Assembly: GCF_006345805.1 (NCBI RefSeq)
Contig: NC_043000.1
Span: forward strand, 63,364,001-63,428,000
Origin: Octopus sinensis
Lineage: Eukaryota
Reading direction: 5' to 3'
DNA length: 64,000 nt
Notes under the pieces: generated by a model
Told to the model about the DNA's origin: nothing
What the model saw: the letters and a program-made list of their open reading frames with translations, nothing else
Database searches by the model: none
Made by a program: the position numbers and the translations under genes
In this document: piece after piece, positions 51,126 through 63,858 of the stretch
Numbering within the stretch: the stretch's first letter is position 1
Layout: every line of letters starts with the position of its first letter

Positions 51126-53216
51126 GAGTGAGGATGATTGTAGTGGGAATACCTTTAATTATAGAGTCAGCTTGGTAGGAGTCAGCAAACACCCACAACA
51201 ACAGCTAGTTACTCTTATAAAAATAACCAGGCCTGTCTCACTCTTATAAGAACAACAATCACAGCAGCATATTCAAAATAGTGGTTTCAAAGTTTGGCAC
51301 AAGGCCAGCAACTTTGGGGAAGAGGATAAGTCAATTACACCAACCCCCAGTATTCAACTGGTACTTATTTTATCAACCCCAAAAAGATGAAAGGTAAAGT
51401 TGACCTAGCTGGAATTTGAACTAAGAACGTAAAGAAGGAAGAAATGCCACTAAGTATTTTGCATAGCATGCTTATGATTCTGCCAGCACACTGCCTTCAA
51501 CATGTCCAAAATATTCAAGGGAATTATTCTTGTTTTATCCACTTGAATCTTTTAGGGATAAGGGTCTAATTTTTGCCATTCATCCATCCAGTAATTTGAG
51601 GTTTTGTGACTATTTTGATAATCAGTATTTAAAAAACTAGTATACAACTACCTCTCTTCACATCAAGAAAACTTCATGAATTATATCTCACTTTCAGATA
51701 CACTAGTAAATAATATTCAATCATATTGAAACAGTTTGGTATACAATTGATAATTTACATATTAGTACTTAAAAACAACACCTGCAGTTTTTCCCACAAT
51801 CAGATACATCATCATCATCGTCGTCACCATCATCATCATCATATTATGTCCATGCTCCATGTTGGCATAAGTTGGATGGTTGGACAGAAACTAATGTGTC
51901 CAAGGACTGCATCAAGTTCCAATGTCTGTTTTGGCATGATTTTTACGACTAGATGCCCTTTGTAATACCAACCACTTCACTGCAAGTATTAGGTGCTTTT
52001 CTCCTGCCACCTGCACTATTAAGATAGCCATGATACAATTTTCAGCAGAAAGAGAGAGAGGGAGAGAGAGAGAGAAAGAGGAGAAAATGATAGATAAATG
52101 CATGGTTATTTGGTAAAGAAGTTTATTTCAATCTCACTGTAAGATACTGTGTGGGCAAATGTCTCTACCATAGCCTAGGTTGGCCAATGAGTGAAATTTA
52201 GCAAAGGAAACTATGGAAGCCTGTATATACATTCATACACAGTGTGTGTAATATGTATGTGTGTGTTCATGCAAATGAATGGAAATAGTACACAACAGCT
52301 GTTGCGAGATTTTAAAGGGCTTCACATTACATGATGTTTCATAGATACAGATAACAATCCAGTTCATCAGGTGTACACCCACTTCCAGCCTTTCAATATA
52401 AATCCACTTCTTCCAACACTACAATATATGCCTACTTTTCTCATTCCTATAATGTTCATCCTCTTTTTCAAGCTCTATATTGTCCTAGCCTTTTTCTCAT
52501 TTCTACAAGTTCCTCCTTCTTCCAGGCCTGCAATGTGAACCTCCTTATACCTGTTTTACAATGTGCACCCCTTCTTTCTAGCCCTACAATATGCACTTTT
52601 TTCATCCTGTCAAACAACATTAGTTCATTTTCCCAACTTTTTTGACAACTTTTCTTCAGTCTTTTTACTTCAGCAGAAAACGCAGTTGAAAAATTCTAAT
52701 TGATATTGCATATCACTGGTTAATCTGTTACTAGGCAAATTTTGATGGTGACAAATCATAAACACTGCATGTCCCCCCTCTCTACTGACCTCCATTCTTC
52801 TTTGTTGGAGGAGTGATTTCATCTGATCCTTTTAGTGCTAAGTTATCAAAGTTTCTGTCGGATTAACAAATTTGTATAAGCCATTCAGAATTTATGTGTT
52901 GCTCTCGGATTTAAGACTTTTGTTTGCCTGGCAAACTCCCAGTAAATACATGTAGCACAGATTGACAATTCCCCAAAGAGTTTCTTTCATTTATCTATTA
53001 CAGCATATATTTGGATGATATAATCAAGACTGGATTTATGTAAGAGCCATGGTCCAGGCCCCCTGCCACAAGTTTAAATGATAGTGGGAGCCTTTAACTC
53101 AGAAAAGCCAAAAGATTGGAGTTAAAAATTAAAAGGATATATTTACAGTAATCAAATAAATAATTTGTAATTTTTTTTTACTAGTTTAAATATTATTTAA
53201 TCCAGTAGAATTCCTT

Positions 53217-53441
53217 TAATTCTTTAGCATTCAGATTACACTATCAAATGTAATGCTTATTTATTCACATTGTTTTGAATTAATCATGCATTATCTTGCA
53301 GCTTCAAGACTTTGATGGTATGATTGTATATCTTTAGACTGACACTGTAGGATAGATGTGAGGGACTAGAACTGGCCGATTTGAGCATAAAGTAGGTAGA
53401 AAATTTGGGCTGGGTGACAGGTTTAAATGCTAAAGGGTTAA
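53217..53441. mobile_element. piggyBac-type MITE
   Basis: 'ttaattctttagcattcagatt ... aatgctaaagggttaa'. Confidence 0.7.
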
Positions 53442-55049
53442 AATTACTGAGCCCTTTTGATTTATTGGGTCTTTTTAGTTTTAAAAAGCCATTAAATTTA
53501 ACCGATTCTCTCTCAATCTACAGACACCCTTTTAAGTTTAAGGGCCTCTTGAAACTTTTTGGAACCTCTAGATTTAATGGAACACTCTATAGCGGTATTA
53601 AGCAACCATGCTTTTCTTGTGTTATATATTATAGCATTTATTTCCTAGTTAGTTTTGTTTACAGTCAATGCAACGCTACTTATTATGTTTCCTATTTAAA
53701 GTAAGGATGTATAATGATAGAACCGTCACTTATAACTTAAGTGTTATCATTATACGCAGTTCGAACTACAGTTATATAAACGTCATAGAAAAATATACTT
53801 TCTGGAACACTAACGAACATTAACCGCTATAAGAAAATACAATTTAATAATTACAGAAATACATATTTATACATAGTTGAAGAACGTGAATAAAGAGAAA
53901 ACATTTTCTTAATTAATCCTTATTATATACATATAGCATTTTATATTATATACAGGTGAAAGAAAGGTAAATTTTGTCATAGAGAATTATGACTATATAT
54001 TTTACTATCTAATTCTTTAATCTAACTAATATTGAATCTCAACAATTCAAAATAGACTTGTTGGATTTTCCTTGGATATGGCATAAAAAATCACCAATGT
54101 CTCAAAGGAGTGTCGTGGAGTTTAAGTTACATCCAACAAACACTGACGTTTTTCCCAAAATCCAGGGTTTTTATAACTGCTCAACTTAACTTAAAAGAAT
54201 CGAAATTACATACATATATTCTTCAAGTAACTCTTAGTATTCTTATATGAGCAGTTATATTAACCAATGGAAAAACGACAATAATATTTCTTTGGCAATA
54301 CGACATTACATCATATTGCCAGCTACCACAAATTGGCGCCTTTTTTAAAAAATGGCTACTTGCCACAACTCTATGAATTACCAAAATCATAGCCACCCCC
54401 ACAACCTATTGGTCTAGGAATCCCATTAAGTCTAAATCTCACCTTGGACACAATCAAATACTTATTAAGAATTTGTCTCACAGTTTATGATATCGATTAC
54501 AATATTTTTATTTGAATTAAAATATGTTTAAATGCTCTTAAATTAAGTGGCGTTCATTTTTGTGGTCTTGTAGGCAACCTTATTTGAATCCAGTGTTGTC
54601 ATGTTTTAATGAGAGCCATCTAGAGTTATCCCACTTCTCACATCGTTAACAACTAGGTGGCGCTCATTAGATAGATATAAAAAGACTCGCACAGCCAAGT
54701 AACATCCTCTTCTCCTCTCCCACATGGCCTGCAGCTAACTACGTCTTCTACATCTCTGTTCCTGCTACGGGAAAACCCCGCGTTGATTTGAATTTTGTTA
54801 AATCCTCTATACCATTCATGGAAGGCGGCAAGACAAAAACCTTTTCTTATTCAACTTCCATTCTGTTTTGTTGAATGTTAATATACAAGCTGTGTAAAAT
54901 GCTCTCATTCTGGATCGGAATAAATACTCCATGTACATGAAGTCTTTGAAAACTCATATGAGTTGTTGTTCCTCACTGGATTAATTCCAACAGCTATCAA
55001 AGGATGACCGAACATTATATTAAATTAGTGGGCTAAAAGCTCGCTAAAG

Positions 55050-55065
55050 AGGTGACCCCAACGTC
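55050..55065 (+). promoter_or_regulatory. Primer-binding site complementary to tRNA-Trp
   Basis: AGGTGACCCCAACGTC versus TGGTGACCCCGACGTG, the complement of the eukaryotic tRNA-Trp 3' end (13/16); lies immediately after the 5' LTR. Confidence 0.7.
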
Positions 55066-55352
55066 AGAAACTATCTGCCAGATAGTTTCCTTAAACAAAA
55101 AAAAAATAGCAGGAGATACACATTAAAGCAAAAAAAAAGGTATTTTAAATAGCTCGTTCTCCTTTTCGACACCCACGTGCGTGATGATTCTGTTGTTTAC
55201 ATGGTGGATAGGTTTTGTCTCCATTACTTGACCATGTGCCTCTCGCATGCATCCTAATGCTTTGCCTCGTTTTCACCTGGATTTTGCCCCCTCACTGCCA
55301 TTGCTCAACATTCTTCAATTTCATCTTGTAGGTTCTAATATACAAATTTGGA

Positions 55353-56171
55353 GTGAAACTACGAGTCACAAAGATTTTGTCGGGCGGCGCCTGTTTGTTT
55401 CTGTCAATTTCGACTTCAATCACAATGAGCCATTCACTGTTACCAGCCTTTAGTGGTGATGTGCGGCTCTGGTTTTCCCAGTTGGACTTGTACTTCACGG
55501 CGAGTGACATTTCATCCAAGTGGCAGCAACTGCATATTCTACTGAGTTCCATCCCTCCATCACTAGCGAATAGTCTCAAGGACATCATTATTGACACCAC
55601 TAAAGATGCCACATATCCATCCTTCAAGAGTGAGATAATTTACAGGATGGCCATACCCGAGAGTAAGCGTTTCTGCACACTAATTTGTGATGAATATTTG
55701 GATGGCAGGACGCCTACTCAACTGCTGTGCAGAATGAGAGAGCTCACCGAGGATTCTTCCAAAGACAGTTCCTTGCTAAAACAGCTTTTCTTCTCCTGTT
55801 TGCCTTCGCACGTGCAGGGGATTCTCACCCCTAGCATGGACGTCACTCCCATCGACCAGTTGGCCTTGTCTGCTGATAGAATTTTGGAGTACACTGGAAA
55901 TAGAACTGTAGACAACAAATTGGCTGCTGTTTCTCCTTCTCCCTCAACAGTCGTAGCTTCATTTCAGCAGCCTGATTCCACTCAGGTGGACACTCTGCAG
56001 GCTATTAGGGAACTTACCGAGCAGGTGAAGAACTTATGTGCCTCTCAGAATTCGCCACGACAGCGAACGTTCAGCCAGTCACTCTTCCCCATGCGATGTG
56101 CCTTTCCTCCTGCACCCTCGTCAGACTTATGCTGGTATCATTGTCGTTTTGGCCAGAATGCTAGGAAGTGA
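55353..56171 (+). CDS. Gypsy gag-like ORF
   Basis: [19 protein letters not shown]...LKQLFFS.LP..VQ.IL...[10 protein letters not shown]...[13 protein letters not shown]. The real start is probably the ATG at MSHSLL. Confidence 0.8.
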   Translation: MKLRVTKILSGGACLFLSISTSITMSHSLLPAFSGDVRLWFSQLDLYFTASDISSKWQQLHILLSSIPPSLANSLKDIIIDTTKDATYPSFKSEIIYRMAIPESKRFCTLICDEYLDGRTPTQLLCRMRELTEDSSKDSSLLKQLFFSCLPSHVQGILTPSMDVTPIDQLALSADRILEYTGNRTVDNKLAAVSPSPSTVVASFQQPDSTQVDTLQAIRELTEQVKNLCASQNSPRQRTFSQSLFPMRCAFPPAPSSDLCWYHCRFGQNARK

Positions 56172-58640
56172 ATTCAACCATGCTCTTATTTGAGCCAGGG
56201 AAACACTACTACAGGATGCTAAGCACGGCGGCTGCTCCCAATACATATCCCCAGATCCGTGCATTTTTCGTTAAAGATCGTTCATCACGCGAATTTTTCC
56301 TGGTAGATTCTGGTGCGGCTTGTAGTATTTGGCCGCTGAAATTCATCAAGGACAAACCTCCTCTATCGGATGTTACCCTTCAAGCTGTCAACCACTCACC
56401 CATTTCAACATATAGTCAGGTCTCTCTTTCCCTCGATTTGGCCCTTCAACGGGACTTCAAGTGGATTTTTATCATCGCTGATCTGCCCTATCCAATCCTA
56501 GGCACAGATTTTCTCCATCACTTTTCCTTCGTGGTTGATGTTCGTAAGCAGAGACTGGTAGACTGCACCACTGACCTCCATATTCCTGGACGAATATCGA
56601 ATACTCCTGCAGCCAGCCCAGTTTTCTTCAAAGCCACAGCTGGTGATCCCTATCAAGCTATTTTGACCTCTTTCCCGGAACTGACCAAGCTAAACGTCCA
56701 AGTGGATAACCCTGCCCACGCGACAAGGCATTTTATTGCTACAACCGGGCCTCCTATTTTTTCTCGGCCATGTTGCCTACCCCCAGATAAACTTAAGGCA
56801 GTCAATGTAGAGTTTGAACACATGCTTGAGCTAGAAATTATCCGCCTCTCCACCAGCCAATGGGCCTCACCGTTGCACATGGTCGCAAAAGGATCAGGCA
56901 ATTGGTGCTCTACTGGAGATTTCCAACGCCTAAATGCTATGACTGTCCTCGATCGTTATCCAATCTCCCATCTGCAGGACTTTGCTTCATCCTTGCAGGG
57001 GTTTACAGTGTTCTCTAAGCTTGATCTGGTTCGGTCCTATCATCAGATTCCTGTGCATCGAGAAGACATTCCTAAAACTGCCGTGACAACACTGTTTGGC
57101 ACTTTTGAATTTCTGACAATGCCGTCTGGGCTGCGGAATGCTGCCAGTACATTCCAGCACTTTATAGATGAGGTCATTCGTGGGCTGGACTTCGTCTATG
57201 CTTATATCGATAATCTGTTGATTGCCAGTTCTAGCACATACAACATTTAAAGCTGCTTTTCCAGTGCCTGACCCAATTCAGAGTTAGAATAAATCCAGAT
57301 AAATGTGTTTTTGGATCCTATTGACTTGTTTTCCTTGGCCACTTCATCAATAAAGTGGGTATTAGGCCTCTTCCTGAAAAAGTCCGTGCTATCCAAGAAC
57401 TTCCTCCTCCTACCTCACTCCGGCAACTTCGTCATTTCCTGGGATTATTGAACTTTTATAGACGATTTATCCCTCACTGTTCAGAACACCTTGCTCCTCT
57501 TTCTGAACTTTTAAAGGATAGTAAGAGCAAACATGAAGCTATTTCACTTTCACCTTGCCAAATAGATGCCTTTCAAACGGTAAAGCGTGAACTTGCATAA
57601 ACCTCACTATTAGCGCACCCTGTTTATGGTGCAAAGCCTTCAACGGAGTCACTTCGCCCCTTCGTTCCGGAGAAGCACCGCAGGGTTGTCTTCGATGTTT
57701 TGCATAATCTGTCTCATCCTGGCATCGCGGCCTCAGTAAAACTCATTACGGCTGGATTTTTCTGGCTAAACATGAGATGGGATGCTACCAAATGGTCTCG
57801 CGCCTGTCTTCAATGCCAAAAGTCTGAAGTGCACAAGCATATCCGGGCACCTCTCGGTACTTTTAACTCCTCTGACGCCCGTTTCTCTCACGTGCATATG
57901 GATATTGTGGGACCATGGCCTATCAGTCAAGGATTCACATATATCTTGGCTTGTATTGATCGCTTCAGACGATAGCCTGAAGCGATTCCGTAAACAGATG
58001 TCACCGCTGAATCCGTAGTGCGAGCTCTAATATCAGGATGGATATCACGCTATGGTGTTCCCACCACTATCACTACAGACCACGGCAGGCATTTCGAGTC
58101 ACATCGCTTTTCCGAGTTGGCAAAAATCATCGGGGCTCAATGGATTAGGACAACCAGCTATCATCCAGCCTCGAACGGTATGGTGGAACGATTCCACCGT
58201 CAGCTGAAAGCTGCTTTATGAGTCTCTCTTGACACCCAGCATTGGACCAAGTATCTTCCTATTGTTCTCCTCGGTATCCGAACATCAGTTAAGGAGGATC
58301 TTGATTTCCCTCCAGCTGAGCTGCTTTTTGGTGCCCCGTTGTCCTTACCAGGGCAGATGCTCACCCCAGCTGATCTTATTACTCAAGATCCCGCCCTTTA
58401 TGTTAACTACCTGTGTGCTTACCTTCAGGAGCTTCAACCAATGAACACTCGGCAGTCCCCAAGGATATTGCCTTGTGGATTCACGTTTTTGTACGTAAGG
58501 ATGCAGTGAGAGGTCCCCTCACTCCCTCTTACTCGGGACCTTATCGCGTGTTGGCATGCAATGCTAAACATTTCACCATAGACTTAAATGGTTCCCGAGA
58601 AACAGTCTCGATTGACAGACTTAAACAGGCCAATACAGGC
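56168..58640 (+). pseudogene. Gypsy pol (protease, RT, integrase), disrupted
   Basis: FLVDSGA; [21 protein letters not shown]; YAYIDN (YIDD mutated); H.LSHPG...C.QCQ; VHMDIVGP; SNGMVERFHRQLK; multiple stops and frameshifts. Confidence 0.9.
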
Positions 58641-59213
58641 GCTCTGACACCAGAACCTCATACTCTCCCATCCTACACTTTACAACAGGAAAATACTGCA
58701 CCACCAGCTCAACTACATGCATCTTCGCTCATTAGATAGATATAAAAAGACTCGCACAGCCAAGTAACATCCTCTTCTCCTCTCCCACGTGGCCTGCAGC
58801 TAACTACGTCTTTTACATCTCTGTTCCTGCTACGGGAAAACCCCGCGTTGATTTGAATTTTGTTAAATCCTCTATACCATTCATGGAAGGCGGCAAGACA
58901 AAAACCTTTTCTTATTCAACTTCCATTCTATTTTGTTGAATGTTAATATACAAGCTGTGTAAAATCCTCTCATTCCGGATCGGAATAAATACTCCATGTA
59001 CATGAAGTCTTTGAAAACTCATACGAGTTGTTGTTCCTCACTGGATTAATTGCTACAGCTATCAAAGGATGACCGAACATTATATTAAATTAGTGGGCTA
59101 AAAGCTCGATAAAGTTTATTAATAACAAACAATAATTGTACGATGTTCGTGCATAAACTTACATCGTTTAAAATAGTTTAATAATCACTTTTTATTTATG
59201 CACGTAACTAAAC

Positions 59214-59586
59214 ACTTTTAAACTTCGTATACTGGTAGAATGTGTTTATAAAACATCTATTTCTCTTGGCTTTATTGAGAAAATTCTATGGTTTGTAAGA
59301 TATTTGTTGTTTATTTTCTTCAATTTCTGCAATTTCAACCAATCAATGACGTCTATTGAGGTGAAAACATTCTGTGCCGTATGAATATGTCCCTCGTTTA
59401 AGAAACAGGTTGGGTTTATTTACATTTCTGAAGAAAAAAAGATACTCTTCCCCCCACCCCTAACCCTAACTAACCCTAACTCTAAAACAGATTGAAATGC
59501 AATAGATCGATACTAGGGTCATAATTATGGGTGACAATTTCATATGACACCGCTAGAAAAAACTGCCGGTCAAACCGAAAAGATCC
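59214..59586. mobile_element. (TAACCC)-containing non-autonomous DNA element
   Basis: Collinear with 4270-4615; ends 'tgccggtcaaaccgaaaagatcc'. Confidence 0.75.
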
Positions 59587-59635
59587 GAGAAATAATATTT
59601 ACTCATCAATGTACACTTGTCTTTAAACGGAGGCC

Positions 59636-59639
59636 ATAA

Positions 59640-59707
<68 letters not shown>

Positions 59708-59810
59708 GATCGATCGATCTACCTATCTCCCTCTCTCTTTCTTGCCCTATACACACACACACCACACACGCATGCACACACCACACACACACACCACACA
59801 CGCATCATAG
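59636..59810. repeat. (ATCT)n and (CA)n microsatellites
   Basis: Direct inspection. Confidence 0.95.
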
Positions 59811-60559
59811 GTCTGCTCTGACTAGGGCTCATCTGTGGTTAAATAAATGCATGAATCTTAGCAAACATTGACACAATATCCAATTACATGCATCATAAAA
59901 TTGTATTTTTCTCAGCACAGATCTGTTTCAAATTCAAACTCTGGTACAAACAAGATTCCCGCGCAAGCTCTATACCAGTTGTGAGCAAACTACTATTCGG
60001 GTGACTTTTTGAATGGCACGCCTAACGAAAAATTACCCTGAAATTTTTTGTGTACCTGAAGACGAGTCATAGCCCACTTTCCCTCAAATCGTAACTTATT
60101 TTAATGATAGTTACACTGGATAATGTAGTCTTAACAGGGCTAATGCAGCGCATTAAACACACCAGGAGACCGCCTAGGGAGATAAATTCAGGGGTTATGA
60201 CTCAAATTTTCAATAACTTGGACAAAATTTCTTAATCCAATGAAAAACACCTAAACTCCGTGATAAAGAGAGCAGGTGAAGTCACTCCCGGAACAATGCT
60301 TTAGTAGTAGCAGAAAATTGAATAATCATCAGCTGAGCAATTGATACAATGATACAATGTCAATTGTCAAACTATAAATAGTTCAGTATGAAACAATTGA
60401 ACAAATGTAACAAGCTGTTGCTTTTGGTTGCATTTATCAAAGAATTTCAACTGGGAGACGAGAGCGCGCATTGTAAGGCTGGCCTAGGACGTTGATTACC
60501 CAAGCACCATCATTGTACCTAAATAACAGGGTAAAGTTTTTGAGTAATGCCCCTACCGA

Positions 60560-60950
60560 ACCAAAATATGGGATTTGCAGCATATTAGAAGATCAGGGTA
60601 CTTGATTCCACTAAAAAAATCCGAGTTTCTGTTTATTTTTCCTTAGTGAAAATCGTGCTGGTGAAAAGATCAATGGGTGGGGAGGGGGTTGAAATTTCCG
60701 AGGTTTTCACCTTACCCACCCCGTTTTTCGTATCTCCAAAAGGGTTTTACAGCATATTAGAAGGTCACAGGAATTCATTCAACGAAGAAAAAAAAAAATT
60801 CCGGGACGGGGGAGGGGGGGGGGTAGTCCCCACCTCGCACCCCACTTTTTCCGAACGAAAATAAGAGATTTGCAGCATATTAAGAGGTCAGGGTACTTGA
60901 TTCCACGCCAAAAATCCGAATTTTTTTTTTCTTAGTGAAAATCGTGTGGG
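60560..60950. repeat. Three diverged ~150-bp-period subrepeats
   Basis: 'gcagcatatta..aggtcagggtacttgattccac...aaatccga...cttagtgaaaatcgtg' at ~60571 and ~60868; weaker copy at ~60745. Confidence 0.7.
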
Positions 60951-62279
60951 TGTTATTCAAAAAATTTACCAATAAAAGATGTTGTCTCTACTGGAATGCT
61001 TTTTATCGCAGGTCTGGTTGATTGCGGTTAACCTTGTATAAAACAACAGCAGTTTTACCAAATACTCACACAGAAAAAAAAATACCCAATAAATTCATAC
61101 TTACCCAGGAAAAAGTCCATCAATCAATTATAAAACAATGGTATGCAAATCAACATGGAGGCACTGAACATGCACACTAATAGTCATATAATATCTACTA
61201 CCAGATAGAACAAGTCAGTGCTGGAGCCCCTTTGTGGAAGCTAGACCTGCTTGAAATCAGAGCCAACTTTTTCTTAAATCACGTTTTACTGTTTTAGAAA
61301 AGAATAAAAAAGAGATAATGGATAATGTGGTGCTGCATTCACTGTACCTCGACAAGAAGATGGACTGGTTATGGCTGGAATGCTTTCAATCAGAGCTGGT
61401 TTGGGACTAAACAACAGCAACAATTAAGTACCAGTTACGTACTGGGGTCGATCTAATCGACTGGCCCCCTCTCCCAAAATGTCGGGCTTTGTGGCTAGAA
61501 TAGAAAGGAATATTCCAATGAGACAATCTTTTTGTAATTCTGTTTATTCTGGCATTAAATCCATTTATTATTATTTCTTTCACAAAAATCTAATGGCTAC
61601 GTGCTAGGGTCAACAACTGTTAGAGATACTAATATAACAAATAATTTCTTTGTGGACAAGAGATGAGCTGAACATCTATGCTTACAATGCCAAAAGAACG
61701 AACGAAAGAAAGAAGGAGGCAGGGAGGGAGAAGAGAAGAAGGAAAGAAGAATGAAAGAAAGGAATGAAGAAAGAAAGAAAGAAAGAAAGAAAGAAGAAGC
61801 AAAGAAAAGCTGGAATTGATGATATTTTCAACTGGCATAACAAAATTTGGCCAAAAAATGTGTTCGTATTTCATTGTCAAAAGTGAAAAATCAATACCTA
61901 AGCTCCAAACCTGTGCATTATATCACATTTCGAAAGCTATGCGCTTGCGATCCAAGATCAGAAGATTGCTACAAAATACCTCATAAACAAAAGATGGACT
62001 GACAGTGGCGTAGCTAGAGTGTGTGCCGCTTGATGCAGACCTCGAGTTTGAGACCAAACACGTCGGGCTACCCAGTAGAAGCTTATAGAGTTAGACCCCA
62101 AAGTGCCGGCCGACCCAATAAAAAAGCATCATTCGAAGCGTACGGCAGCTGGGGCATCATCTTTAAGGGTTTAGTCAATAATATGGACCCCAGTAATTCT
62201 CTTTGAGTCTGATATACATTTTATCGACTCTATTTGTTCATCTGCTACATTATGGGGCATGAACATCAACACGGATTTT

Positions 62280-62345
62280 TAAAGCGTATAGCGTAAAGAC
62301 GTGTATGTGTGTATACATGTGTATATATGTATGTATATATGTATG

Positions 62346-62407
<62 letters not shown>

Positions 62408-62530
62408 TGCATGTATGTGTGTGCGCGCGCGTTGTGTATATATAAATGTATATTCAGTACGCGTGAGCGCACACACACACACTTATATACAGTACACACA
62501 AATACACACTTGCGTATACATGTATACTCA
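62280..62530. repeat. (TATG)n/(TG)n microsatellite
   Basis: Direct inspection. Confidence 0.9.
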
Positions 62531-62616
62531 TATATGTCTTTACACCATATGCTTAAAAATACGTGTTGAGGCTCGTACCCCTGTGGCGTACACTCCTTTT
62601 TATTATATATACTTAC

Positions 62617-62780
62617 ATTCGAACGTAGCAGATAACAGCTAGCCTTTGGGCGCTGTTTGGACACCGTTGTATCCACTACTCTGATTGGTTAGTTTTGGCA
62701 CAATACGTCTCTTACTCTGCCGCGCCAATCTGCAGCGTATAACCAATCGGAGCCCCTAAAAAAGATCACGTGAGACAACC
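62617..62780 (-). promoter_or_regulatory. CCAAT/E-box promoter with a candidate short first exon
   Basis: CCAAT boxes at 62681-62688 (reverse), 62724-62730 and 62742-62748; TCACGTGA at 62766-62773; CpG-rich; minus-strand donor 'GAAT|gtaagt' at 62616. Confidence 0.5.
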
Positions 62781-62805
62781 TTTTTTTCAACCCCGCTGAG
62801 CCTAC

Positions 62806-63470
62806 TGTTCATTATAAATCTCATCTTCTCCTCGTCTCGCAGTCTTTGGTTCCAGACCTTTTAAGGTCTAGCTACTGACCACACAAGACACAGCCAGTTC
62901 CTGCGACAATACCAGACGACGCGCCCAACAGCATTACGGCAACCTCTTTCTTTGTCGCCGCCATCATCTTGTTAACGTCGTCACCATCATTTCTACATAC
63001 ACACCAACCAGCAACTAACACAGGTTTCAATACAGCACTTCACCATGGTTAACAGCGGATGTACAACCTGCGAGAACTCCTGTGCAAGTGACCCTGGCAG
63101 CAGTATTACACCCACAACTTCACGTAAGACATGTACGGCAACCGGCTCTGCATCATCGCCGCAACTTCTTGATACAATATTTCAACTACCGCGTACAATT
63201 GACTACGAACTGATATTTTTCACTCTTGTGTCTATGAACATTTGTCGAACTTCTCATTATAGACTCTCTCACTGTTCTCTTCATTGTTGCTCTTACATAT
63301 AGTTAACGCATACGCGTACATCCATGTCTATACACACATACTCTTTGTTCTCATGATGGCCTGTCTACTATTCTGAATACATTGACGCACACACAAGTTA
63401 ACATATCAATAAAACCTCTCTCTTGAACATTCTGTTCGGTTGTATCTTTCTCTTTTCCCTTACTGGAACA
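62806..63470 (+). mobile_element. Probable solo LTR
   Basis: TGTT...AACA termini, 665 bp, AATAAA ~60 bp before the 3' end, CpG-retaining composition; no matching TSD seen. Confidence 0.45.
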
Positions 63471-63548
63471 TTATATGCATTATTCCAACCTTCTGAACGA
63501 AGTCGTTATTAGATGGTATATACCACGCTTCACCACGACCATCTATGC

Positions 63549-63550
<2 letters not shown>

Positions 63551-63631
<81 letters not shown>

Positions 63632-63632
63632 T

Positions 63633-63729
<97 letters not shown>

Positions 63730-63730
63730 T
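63551..63730. repeat. (TA)n followed by (GATA)n
   Basis: Direct inspection. Confidence 0.97.
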
Positions 63731-63764
63731 TATCCAAAATGTACACTATCATATATATACATTA

Positions 63765-63858
63765 CGGCTGATCTTACCAATCGGTTTCGCGCAAGGAATA
63801 TAATGGAGTGTTAGGTAACAATTCGATTATATAACCTTACGCTCATCAGAGTTAACCG
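63765..63858 (-). ncRNA. Type I hammerhead ribozyme (family E)
   Basis: Minus strand: CGGUUAACU-CUGAUGA-GCGUAAGG...CCUUGCGC-GAAA-CCGAUUG-GUA-AGAUCAGCCG. Stem II has 8 bp with canonical G-C closing; stem I has an internal loop. Confidence 0.75.

Larger units (their letters stand above)
54570..59114 (+). mobile_element. Defective Ty3/Gypsy LTR retrotransposon
   Basis: LTR copies 54661-55049 and 58726-59114 differ at 9 of 389 positions; PBS, gag, PR, RT and IN remnants are in Gypsy order. The 5' start is approximate and no TSD was found. Confidence 0.92.

Noticed and set aside
53004-53039. 36-nt plus-strand exon-like segment (IYLDDIIKTGF)
   Set aside because: No partner exons could be joined; insufficient support.
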